A stretch of DNA of 64,000 nt. Origin: Desulfobacteraceae bacterium Eth-SRB1. Its GTDB lineage: Bacteria; Desulfobacterota; Desulfobacteria; Desulfobacterales; ETH-SRB1. The translations under genes and the position numbers were made by a program. Below, piece by piece: positions 56,281-64,000 of the stretch (its first letter is position 1; every line of letters starts with the position of its first letter). The DNA lies in assembly GCA_004193555.1 (NCBI GenBank), contig RPGP01000029.1, forward strand, positions 140,976-204,975. Reading direction: 5' to 3'. Under the pieces are notes generated by a model. That model was not told where the DNA came from. It saw only the letters and a program-made list of their open reading frames with translations, and ran no database searches.

Positions 56281-56346
56281 CTAACAAATAACCGCTAATC
56301 GTTTATTTTTTCTTTTGGTTACACAAGTGTCTAACAGGTATTTCAT
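56281..56346 (-). pseudogene. vapC: vapC 5' relic (MKYLLDTCV then out of context), ATGA-overlapping the phd stop
   Basis: The canonical PIN N-terminus MKYLLDT is followed by 12 unrelated codons and a stop. Confidence 0.55.
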
Positions 56347-56606
56347 AATTCTATATCTCGCGGCAAATCCTTATTTCTTTTTATGTCTAAATTAATTTTT
56401 GAAAGAGGAAAATTTTGAAAGAATTTCAACAGGTTGGTTTTCGGTTTTATTAATTTTTTGTATTCATCAATTGATAGAACAACAACAGCATCTTTGCCAT
56501 GTCTGGTTACTACTTGAGGACCATTATGTTGAGCTTTATCAACAAGGTTGCTGAATTTATTTTTTGCATTCTGAAGTTGCCATGAATTTTCTATCATTTT
56601 CATCAC
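56343..56606 (-). CDS. Phd/YefM-family antitoxin
   Basis: WQLQNAKNKFSNLVDKAQHNGPQVVTRHGKDAVVVLSIDEYKKL. Confidence 0.8.
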   Translation of the reverse strand: MMKMIENSWQLQNAKNKFSNLVDKAQHNGPQVVTRHGKDAVVVLSIDEYKKLIKPKTNLLKFFQNFPLSKINLDIKRNKDLPRDIEL

Positions 56607-56881
56607 CCCGCAGGATTATATTTTGTATGGTTCTGGCTAACCTGTCTAAAAATAGTCTTTTGGGGAGTTAAATGTCAATGATATTGTTTTTAAAAGGGCT
56701 GCCTATAAGAGCCTTTTGGATTTTTTTGGCATAAAACCGTGCCCGAAAAAAAGCTTTTTCATTCCGCAATATGGAATATCCTTATGGTATGATGCAATAA
56801 AGCAGATTAAAGAAGAAAGCAATAATGCTAAATGTGCGTCGGACAATCTCCGGAAAATTAAATCACATGGAGGATATCACC

Positions 56882-57424
56882 ATGAAAAAAGAAACAACAA
56901 GACGTAAATTTTTATGCGGCGCAGGAGCAATGTGTTTGCTAGGCAGTTATGGCTGGTGTGAAGAAAATCCGCCGGCTGTCAAGAAGAAATCTATAATATG
57001 TTCAAAAGAATTATCCATGCATGGAGCAAGTGATGCGGAAGTAGAAAAGCTATTTAAAGACACTGAGCCATTGCTTGCCAATATTGGATTAACCACAGTT
57101 GTAAAAATTATACACATTAACAGTTATGAATTTCCCGGTTCCCAATTTCAGGTCTCGGTTGATTGTAAGGCGTTGGATAATTTTGGGGCAGTACAAAACA
57201 TCTGCATGGAATTTTTCCCAAGGGCAGTCGAACAAAGAGACAAAATAGTCAAAGACCTGAAGGCCGATTCCATATTTCTGATAAAAGGAGAGTATGGCAT
57301 GCTTAAAGATATTTCTGTCACGCTTTATGAACCGGACTACAGCAGGACTAAGCCAAAATCTTTAGAGAATAAAATGAGAAAACTGTTTCAGATATTTGAA
57401 GATTCAATGAAAATCAAAATTTAA
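56882..57424 (+). CDS. Hypothetical exported protein with a Tat-like signal (TRRKFLCGAGA)
   Basis: Twin-arginine motif plus an h-region; ATG at 56882 is preceded by ggagga. Confidence 0.5.
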   Translation: MKKETTRRKFLCGAGAMCLLGSYGWCEENPPAVKKKSIICSKELSMHGASDAEVEKLFKDTEPLLANIGLTTVVKIIHINSYEFPGSQFQVSVDCKALDNFGAVQNICMEFFPRAVEQRDKIVKDLKADSIFLIKGEYGMLKDISVTLYEPDYSRTKPKSLENKMRKLFQIFEDSMKIKI

Positions 57425-57671
57425 CATTATGTTACAAAAAAGGAGATGTAATTATGTCCCATGGGGACGCCCATGCAATTATGCGTTTCCCTAAATTAAC
57501 CTATGGCAATTCTCAGGAAATTGGATCAGGTAAGCTATTGACCCGTGAGCAAATAATAACGGAAATGTAGTTTTATATCCTGCTTTTCTCACACCAGCGC
57601 AGTCCTGCTTTAAGAACTTTTAGTAATAATATCTTCTGATTGTAATGATTTTCCACAACATCTACCATTTT

Positions 57672-57687
57672 TGGCACGCCTCTTGAT
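57672..57687 (+). promoter_or_regulatory. Sigma54-like element TGGCAC-gcctc-TTGAT
   Basis: tggcacgcctcttgatatat, 100 nt upstream of the ATG at 57786. Confidence 0.4.
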
Positions 57688-57785
57688 ATATAGCTTTACA
57701 ACAAGATCGTCAAAATTGAGAAGCCTTGCCGGATAGTACCGGAATACTTCCAATAATAACCACATCATTTATGGAGTTCAGCAAT

Positions 57786-58505
57786 ATGACAAAACGATTT
57801 CTTGTCTTCCAGCACATGTCCTGGGAAGGACCGGGAATACATCTCATCCGATCAGCAGAGAAATGTGATGTTAGGCTTGATGTCGTCGAGGTATGGCACA
57901 AGCCTATTCCGGATACTGCTTCATATGACGGGCTGATCGTTTTGGGTGGCGGCCCCAATGTGGATCAAGAAAAGGAATATCCATTTCTAAAAAACGAAAA
58001 GGAAATCATACGTCGATCCCTTGAAGCAGATAAGCCCTATCTTGGGTTTTGTCTTGGCCACCAGCTTCTTGCGGACGCTCTCGGAGCTGAGACAGGCTCT
58101 AATTTTTGCCGTAGTGTCGGCTTTATTACAGGTCATCTTACGAAAAATGGTCGCAGACATCCCCTGTTTAACGGCGTTTTCAGCTCTTTTCCTCTCTTCA
58201 AATGGCATGCTCAAGCAGTCCTGCCACCCATGCCCAAGGAGATTGAGGTGTTGGTTACTTCTGCGGAATGCCAGGTAGAGGCTATTTCTGTAAAAGATCG
58301 GCCATACATTGTCGGACTCCAGTTCGATAATCAGGCTGCCACTGTTTCAGATGTTAAAGATTGGGTGAAAGGCGATGAAAGATGGCTGTCACAACCTCCT
58401 TCTATAGATATATCGGCTTTATTGAAAGATGCTGAGAAACACGAGGCCCTCATGGACGAGCAGTTTGAATTCATATTCAGCAATTACATGAACTTGATAT
58501 CGTAA
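57786..58505 (+). CDS. Class I glutamine amidotransferase-like protein with a degenerate catalytic triad
   Basis: The nucleophile elbow GFCLGHQLL is present, but the usual FHPE reads LQFDNQ. Confidence 0.65.
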   Translation: MTKRFLVFQHMSWEGPGIHLIRSAEKCDVRLDVVEVWHKPIPDTASYDGLIVLGGGPNVDQEKEYPFLKNEKEIIRRSLEADKPYLGFCLGHQLLADALGAETGSNFCRSVGFITGHLTKNGRRHPLFNGVFSSFPLFKWHAQAVLPPMPKEIEVLVTSAECQVEAISVKDRPYIVGLQFDNQAATVSDVKDWVKGDERWLSQPPSIDISALLKDAEKHEALMDEQFEFIFSNYMNLIS

Positions 58506-58618
58506 CTATTCACTGCGTCGACATCTTTTGTCCTTCCTTTTGAAAAAAATCGAAGAAACGATCTTACCCTTCCTAAATTCCTTTCCTACATTCCGGTAGC
58601 AATAGCCTTCGACTTTAC

Positions 58619-58634
58619 TGTCTCGTAGGATACA
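58619..58634 (+). promoter_or_regulatory. NifA-type UAS TGT-N10-ACA
   Basis: tgtctcgtaggataca, about 100 nt upstream of the nifH -24 element. Confidence 0.45.
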
Positions 58635-58698
58635 ACGCTATCATATTGCCACCGGACAAAGAATATATGCCGTCACTTTTATCTATCATATAAAGTAG

Positions 58699-59631
<933 letters not shown>

Positions 59632-59799
59632 TTGTGTTGTTAATCCACAGATTACGCAGATTACACGGATTACTCTGAGGGCAGAGATCGTCAAGTGGTT
59701 AAGTGGCTGTTATTATTCAAGCAAGCAGACTGTTGAAAGCTCAAAAGAAAAAGGACTCGAGCAATCGACTATTTAACGATATTTGAAGGGAGAAAAAAG

Positions 59800-60117
59800 A
59801 TGAAGATGGTAAAGGGAATAATCAGACCTGAAAAGGTGGAAGCTGTGGTGGATGCCCTGGCCGAGGCAGGCTTTGTGGCGCTTACAAAGATAGATGTAGT
59901 CGGGAGAGGCAAACAAAAAGGACTGGATGTCGGCAGTATTCATTATGACGAATTGCCAAAAACCATGCTCATGATCGTAACAGAGGATGAAGATGCTGAT
60001 AACATAGCAGATATTATTATAGACAATGGCAGAACGGGTCACTATGGCGATGGAAAGATATTTGTTACGCCGGTTGAAGAGACATATACGATTCGAACTG
60101 CCGCAAAAGGTGTATAG
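59800..60117 (+). CDS. nifI1: PII-family nitrogenase regulator NifI1
   Basis: 105-aa PII fold (MVKGIIRPEKVEAVVDAL...GDGKIFV) between nifH and nifD. Confidence 0.85.
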   Translation: MKMVKGIIRPEKVEAVVDALAEAGFVALTKIDVVGRGKQKGLDVGSIHYDELPKTMLMIVTEDEDADNIADIIIDNGRTGHYGDGKIFVTPVEETYTIRTAAKGV

Positions 60118-60504
60118 GTGAAAAAAATGAAAGAGATTTACGCCATTATTCGAATAAATAAGGTCTATGATACGAAGAAGTCTTTGGAGAAAATGGGTTT
60201 TCCGTGCCTTACCGCTTTTAGCTACAGGGTGTTTGGCAGGGGAAAGCAAAAAGGGCTTATTGATGAAGTGAGTTTTGCAATAAGCCCGGAGGTGACTGAA
60301 TCAGCCAAAGGTGGCGGAATGAAGTATATCCCCAAACGTCTTCTGTATCTCGCAGTGAATGATGAAGATCTTACCAGAGTGGTAGATGCCGTTATCCAGG
60401 CTAATCAAACCGGACACCATGGCGATGGGCGCATCTTTGTCTGTCCCCTGGAAGAGGCAGCCAGAATCAGAACAGGCGAAAAGGATGCACAGGCAATAAA
60501 GTAG
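60118..60504 (+). CDS. nifI2: PII-family nitrogenase regulator NifI2
   Basis: 128-aa PII fold with an extended T-loop (GRGKQKGLIDEVSFAISPEVTES...); GTG start abuts the nifI1 stop. Confidence 0.85.
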   Translation: MKKMKEIYAIIRINKVYDTKKSLEKMGFPCLTAFSYRVFGRGKQKGLIDEVSFAISPEVTESAKGGGMKYIPKRLLYLAVNDEDLTRVVDAVIQANQTGHHGDGRIFVCPLEEAARIRTGEKDAQAIK

Positions 60505-60569
60505 AGGAAGGGGTAAGGATTATAAAATGCTGTAGGGGCGAACCTTGTGTTCGCCCTTGAGAGGGAATT

Positions 60570-61442
60570 ATGAATTTTAAAGGAGGAGCCATGTGGTTAC
60601 CACATCCGTGTTATGACTCAAAAGCACATTATGAAATTGGCCGTATTCACCTTCCGGTTGCACCGTTTTGCGATATCCAGTGTAATTATTGTGTGAGAGG
60701 CATAAACAGCGCTGAAAATCGCCCGGGATTGACGACGGCTATCATCAGTCCCAAAAAGGCGCTGCACCGGCTGGACTGGGCGATTCGCTCAGACCCCCGC
60801 ATCCAGATTGCCGCTATTGCCGGCCCCGGAGAGCCATTGGCCAATGAGGCCACCTTTGAGACCTTTGCCCTTGTTAACCAGCGTTTTCCTGAATTGAGCA
60901 AATGTTTGAGCACCAACGGCTTAACCCTGTCAGATAAACTGCCAAGACTAAAAGAGGTAGGAGTAAAATATCTTACAGTAACACTGAATGCAGTAGATCC
61001 GAAGATTTCCGGGGCCATATATGCGCATGTCTGCTGGGAAAGACAGTTTTATCACGGCGTACAGGCAGGCCGAATTCTTCTGGAGCGTCAATTAGAGGGT
61101 ATCTATCAAGCCAGCCAAAGAGGATTTATGGTAAAGGTTAATACAGTGCTTATTCCTGGTATCAATTCTGATCATCTGATGGAAGTAGCCCAAACAATAA
61201 AAACAGCAGGGGCATGTATTATGAATATCATGCCCTTAATTCCTGTTGGCCGCTTTTCCGGGTTGCGCTTCCCGACAACGGAAGAGCTGAAAAAATCGCG
61301 CGCCGAGTGTGAACCCATTATCAAGCAATGGTATCTCTGCAAGCAGTGCCGGGCTGATGCGGTGGGAGTGCCGGGAGAAGAGACCGGAAAAGTGATGCAA
61401 CAGGAAGTATATCCTCAAGTCTGCGCCACTTGCGGTTATTAG
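60570..61442 (+). CDS. nifB: Minimal radical-SAM NifB-like FeMo-cofactor biosynthesis protein (290 aa, no NifX-like domain)
   Basis: HPCY...H...IHLPVAPFCDIQCNYC (CxxxCxxC), ENRPG, GPGEPL, TNG and NTVLIPGIN. Confidence 0.75.
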   Translation: MNFKGGAMWLPHPCYDSKAHYEIGRIHLPVAPFCDIQCNYCVRGINSAENRPGLTTAIISPKKALHRLDWAIRSDPRIQIAAIAGPGEPLANEATFETFALVNQRFPELSKCLSTNGLTLSDKLPRLKEVGVKYLTVTLNAVDPKISGAIYAHVCWERQFYHGVQAGRILLERQLEGIYQASQRGFMVKVNTVLIPGINSDHLMEVAQTIKTAGACIMNIMPLIPVGRFSGLRFPTTEELKKSRAECEPIIKQWYLCKQCRADAVGVPGEETGKVMQQEVYPQVCATCGY

Positions 61443-61527
61443 CACAAGATCTGTAGGGTCTGTTCTCCGAACAGTCAGGCAGTAACCTCTGCTACTAATT
61501 GAGAGATAAAAAGAAAGGAAAAGAAGA

Positions 61528-62961
61528 ATGTCTGTTCCAGAAAAATATAAATTAAAATGTGATATTAGCATACCTGAAAGATACAAGCACCATGTGCTTA
61601 CCAATGCAGAAAAACCTAATATTCCTGCCTGCAATGTCAAAACCATTCCAGGAGATATGACAGAACGTGGCTGTGCCTTTGCCGGGTCACGCGGGGTAGT
61701 TGGAGGGCCGATTGGCGACTGCATCCAGATTATACATTCGCCGGCCGGATGTGCCTGGTATCAATGGGGCACCAGGCGCAACCTTTCAGCCGTTTACGCC
61801 TGGGCAGGGCAGGATACGCTTTGCAATGATTCGCATAATCGCAGGCGGGCAATCACCACCGACCTTCAGGAAAAGGATGTGGTTTTTGGCGGTATGGAGA
61901 AGCTGGAGAAGACCTGCTTTGAGGCATGGCGACTTATCCCCGGCGCAGCGGGTATCCTGATTTATACTACCTGCACCAGCGGGCTTATCGGGGATGATTG
62001 TTATTCTGTGGCTCGAAGAGTTGAAAAAAAGATAGGCAGGCCCGTCTTTGTCATTGACGCACCGGGCTTTAGCGGAGTGAGCCAGTCCACGGGCCACCAT
62101 CATTTCAATGTCCAGTTTTATGATCAGATGTTGGAGTACAGGAAGAAATGCCCTGAAGTCTGCATGAAAAAAGATGAAATGGGACCTTACGACATTGCAA
62201 TTATCGGCGAATTTAATATGGACTGGGATCTGGTCTATATCAAACCCCTTTTTGAAAAACTTGGTTGCCGTATCGTATCGGTCTTTACCGGAGGCGAGCG
62301 CATGGAAAATCTTTTGAAGATACCGGACGTCAAGCTGAACGTCCTTCATTGCCAGCGTTCCTGCACCTACATTTCCAAACTTATCAAGGAGGGTTTTCAG
62401 GTTCCCTATATAGATGCGAGCTTCTTTGGAATTGAACAAACAGCGAGCGCTCTCAGGGGTGTGGCGGATTTTTTCGGTTCTCAGAAAATGAAGGAAAAGG
62501 CGGAGCAGATCATTGAGGAGGAAATCAGATGCATTACACCGGCCATTGATTTCTATCGTGAAAAGCTGACAGGCAAAAAGGTGGGCATGTATGTGGGAGG
62601 TCCAAGGGTGTGGCACTGGCAAAGGGTCATGAAAGAATTAGGAATGGAGGTGGTCTTCAGTATGTGCACCTTTGCCCATGAAGATGATTATGAAAAGATC
62701 AATGCCAGGTCAAAAAATGGCCTCTTTGTTGTAGATAATCCAAATGAATTTGAGATTGAGGAGTGTCTGGAGAAGTTTAAGCCAGATCTGTTTCTCACTG
62801 GTTTGAAGGAGAAATATCTGTGCCGCAAGCTTGGTGTGCCGACGGTAAATTCACATTCCTATGAAAAAGGCCCCTATGCCTGCTTCAGAGGCATGGTGAA
62901 CTTTGCCAGGGATATCTACCAGGGAGTTTATGCACCCGTGTGGAAATTTGTAAATTTGTAA
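61528..62961 (+). CDS. nifD: Nitrogenase MoFe protein alpha chain
   Basis: P-cluster Cys: CAFAGSRGVV, HSPAGC, TCTSGLIGDD. GVSQSTGHH (Gln191/His195 equivalents). HCQRS (Cys275 equivalent). NSHSYEKGPY (His442 equivalent). Confidence 0.9.
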   Translation: MSVPEKYKLKCDISIPERYKHHVLTNAEKPNIPACNVKTIPGDMTERGCAFAGSRGVVGGPIGDCIQIIHSPAGCAWYQWGTRRNLSAVYAWAGQDTLCNDSHNRRRAITTDLQEKDVVFGGMEKLEKTCFEAWRLIPGAAGILIYTTCTSGLIGDDCYSVARRVEKKIGRPVFVIDAPGFSGVSQSTGHHHFNVQFYDQMLEYRKKCPEVCMKKDEMGPYDIAIIGEFNMDWDLVYIKPLFEKLGCRIVSVFTGGERMENLLKIPDVKLNVLHCQRSCTYISKLIKEGFQVPYIDASFFGIEQTASALRGVADFFGSQKMKEKAEQIIEEEIRCITPAIDFYREKLTGKKVGMYVGGPRVWHWQRVMKELGMEVVFSMCTFAHEDDYEKINARSKNGLFVVDNPNEFEIEECLEKFKPDLFLTGLKEKYLCRKLGVPTVNSHSYEKGPYACFRGMVNFARDIYQGVYAPVWKFVNL

Positions 62962-62963
62962 AT

Positions 62964-63155
62964 TAGGTTGTTTAGGCTGTAGGCTGTTAGGCTATAGGCT
63001 GTTAGGCTGTAGGATACTGATATCCTCTCAATGGAAAAAAACTGCATTTTCCCCGCTGCTTGCGGCGGGGGCTTCAATGGAGAGGCTATTATTTTTTGTG
63101 AGTCTTTTCCTAACAGCCTATAGCCTAACAGCCTTCAGCCTAACAGTCTAACACC
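62964..63155. repeat. Nested palindromic word-repeat element in the nifD-nifK spacer (same family as 8684-8820)
   Basis: aggttgtttaggctgtaggctgttaggctataggctgttaggctgtagg ... cctaacagcctatagcctaacagccttcagcctaacag. Central hairpin ccccgctgcttgcggcgggg. Confidence 0.8.
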
Positions 63156-63178
63156 CTTCACTCTAAAAAAGGAGGAAA

Positions 63179-64000
63179 ATGATGCCAGCACAATTAAAAT
63201 TAAACGGAAGATTGACCATAGAAGACCTCAACGCTCTCACGGAGATGCCGGTTGAGGGTATTACCTATGACCAGATGTATATAGAAAAGGAACCTATCTG
63301 CCCTGAATATAAGGAGCCGGATCAGGATATTATCCCTTCATCCAAAAGGACAGTTGTTGTGGACCCTGGCCGGATCTGCATGCCCTTTGGGGCGATGTGG
63401 GCAAGCGTAGGAATACATAAATGCATCCCCTTTGTCCAGGGCGCACAGGGTTGCACCACCTATCCCCGTTATACCTTCTCTCGCATCTTCAGGGAGCCTG
63501 TTTCCATTGCCACGGCTTCCTTTCATGAAGATACCGCCGTATTCGGGGGACGTAAGAATTTCATTGAGGGAATTCGCAATCTCATTATCCGTTATCATCC
63601 CGAGGTTATTGCCATCATTACCGTATGCTCGAGCGAGATCATCGGAGACGATATGGAAGGCTACCTCGATGAATCCATTGATGAACTGGAAGAAGAATTC
63701 GGCCCGGAGATAACAGATGAGGTTAAATTTGCCATCATCCATACCCCAAGTTTTACCGGTTCTCATGTAGAGGGATATAACCGCGCTGCCGCAGCTTTCT
63801 TAAAAGCATTGGCTAAAAGGAGTACTCCTGAACCTAAGGTAAATATTATCCCCGGCATGATTACACCCGGAGATATCAGGGAAATAAAACATATCTTAAG
63901 ACTGATGGATATAGAAAGTACTATTCTTTTCGATATATCCGAGACCCTTGATTGCCCGTTGCGTCTCCCGCAGACCATGCCATATTATCCCAAAGGCGGC
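63179..64000 (+). CDS. nifK: Nitrogenase MoFe protein beta chain (partial; runs off the window)
   Basis: Open frame to the window end: CMPFGAMWASVGIHKCIPFVQGAQGCTTY...ITVCSSEIIGDD...HTPSFTGSH. RBS aaggagga. Absent from the ORF track because it has no stop. Confidence 0.9.
   Translation, partial: MMPAQLKLNGRLTIEDLNALTEMPVEGITYDQMYIEKEPICPEYKEPDQDIIPSSKRTVVVDPGRICMPFGAMWASVGIHKCIPFVQGAQGCTTYPRYTFSRIFREPVSIATASFHEDTAVFGGRKNFIEGIRNLIIRYHPEVIAIITVCSSEIIGDDMEGYLDESIDELEEEFGPEITDEVKFAIIHTPSFTGSHVEGYNRAAAAFLKALAKRSTPEPKVNIIPGMITPGDIREIKHILRLMDIESTILFDISETLDCPLRLPQTMPYYPKGG

Noticed and set aside
61786-62622. A 278-aa ORF antisense to nifD, plus many other long antisense ORFs in the track. Examples: 236-643, 1311-1604, 5297-5761, 7396-7872, 14617-15018, 23150-23701, 28298-28711, 33830-34138, 36393-36701 and 61236-61724.
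   Set aside because: They lie opposite genes with unmistakable family motifs, have no recognisable motifs of their own, and are the usual shadow ORFs.
63040-63075. The CRISPR-repeat-like hairpin ccccgctgcttgcggcggggg followed by cttcaat, with similar hairpins at about 53796, 54548 and 54600.
   Set aside because: These are single copies embedded in palindromic elements. There is no regular repeat-spacer periodicity and no cas genes. They are treated as REP-like hairpins.

Overview
This 64-kb window looks like chromosome from a strictly anaerobic, sulfate-reducer-like deltaproteobacterium. That placement is an inference from selenocysteine-type HdrA/MvhD, a tungsten-type aldehyde:ferredoxin oxidoreductase (AOR), a nifI1/nifI2-type nif cluster and very dense intergenic palindromes. 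No rRNA, tRNA or CRISPR array was seen.

Layout:
(1) 1-8.7 kb, accessory/defence-like: rhuM, a type I restriction hsdR carrying two in-frame palindrome-flanked insertions (one holds a DUF559 endonuclease domain), a HEPN-MNT pair, a zinc-ribbon protein, and a Cys-rich protein plus SF2 helicase.
(2) 8.8-15.4 kb: one 2178-aa KS-AT-ACP-ACP-KR-DH polyketide/PUFA-like synthase.
(3) 15.5-20 kb: a putative DNA-binding protein, a TIGR02001-like outer-membrane protein, a SixA-like phosphatase and RmuC.
(4) 20.3-44.2 kb, a nitrogen/redox block. It holds a GAF-ANTAR regulator, its RNA antiterminator and a nine-gene-scale redox cluster: GltB FMN-domain protein, ferredoxin, AOR, ferredoxin, HdrA with in-frame UGA, MvhD with in-frame UGA, and an HdrC-GltD fusion. 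After it come a degenerate KaiC-like/XRE/cupin regulator, tandem glnB-glnA duplicates, amtB, glnD and a NifA-like activator.
(5) 44.3-56.6 kb, a scrambled island: IS200-type insertion, a dead ptsP, a double-AAA+ ATPase divergent from a WYL regulator, MazF and Phd/VapC remnants, an ORF6N protein, a PD-(D/E)XK nuclease with a decayed mirror copy, and four copies of the WYL gene 3' end.
(6) 56.9-64 kb: a Tat-signal protein, a GATase1-like protein, and nifH-nifI1-nifI2-nifB-nifD-nifK (nifK runs off the window).

Best candidates for something undescribed:
- the ANTAR-gated, selenocysteine-dependent Hdr/AOR/GltB module, as a possible electron-bifurcating ammonium-assimilation system;
- the in-frame, hairpin-flanked DUF559 cassette and its solo-end derivative inside hsdR;
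- the WYL-3'-end-anchored cassette hotspot with a roughly 4-kb palindromic duplication;
- a pervasive family of nested 'word-repeat' palindromes that also sit inside the nif operon and in frame in the PKS linker.

All homology calls are from reading motifs by eye; no searches were run.
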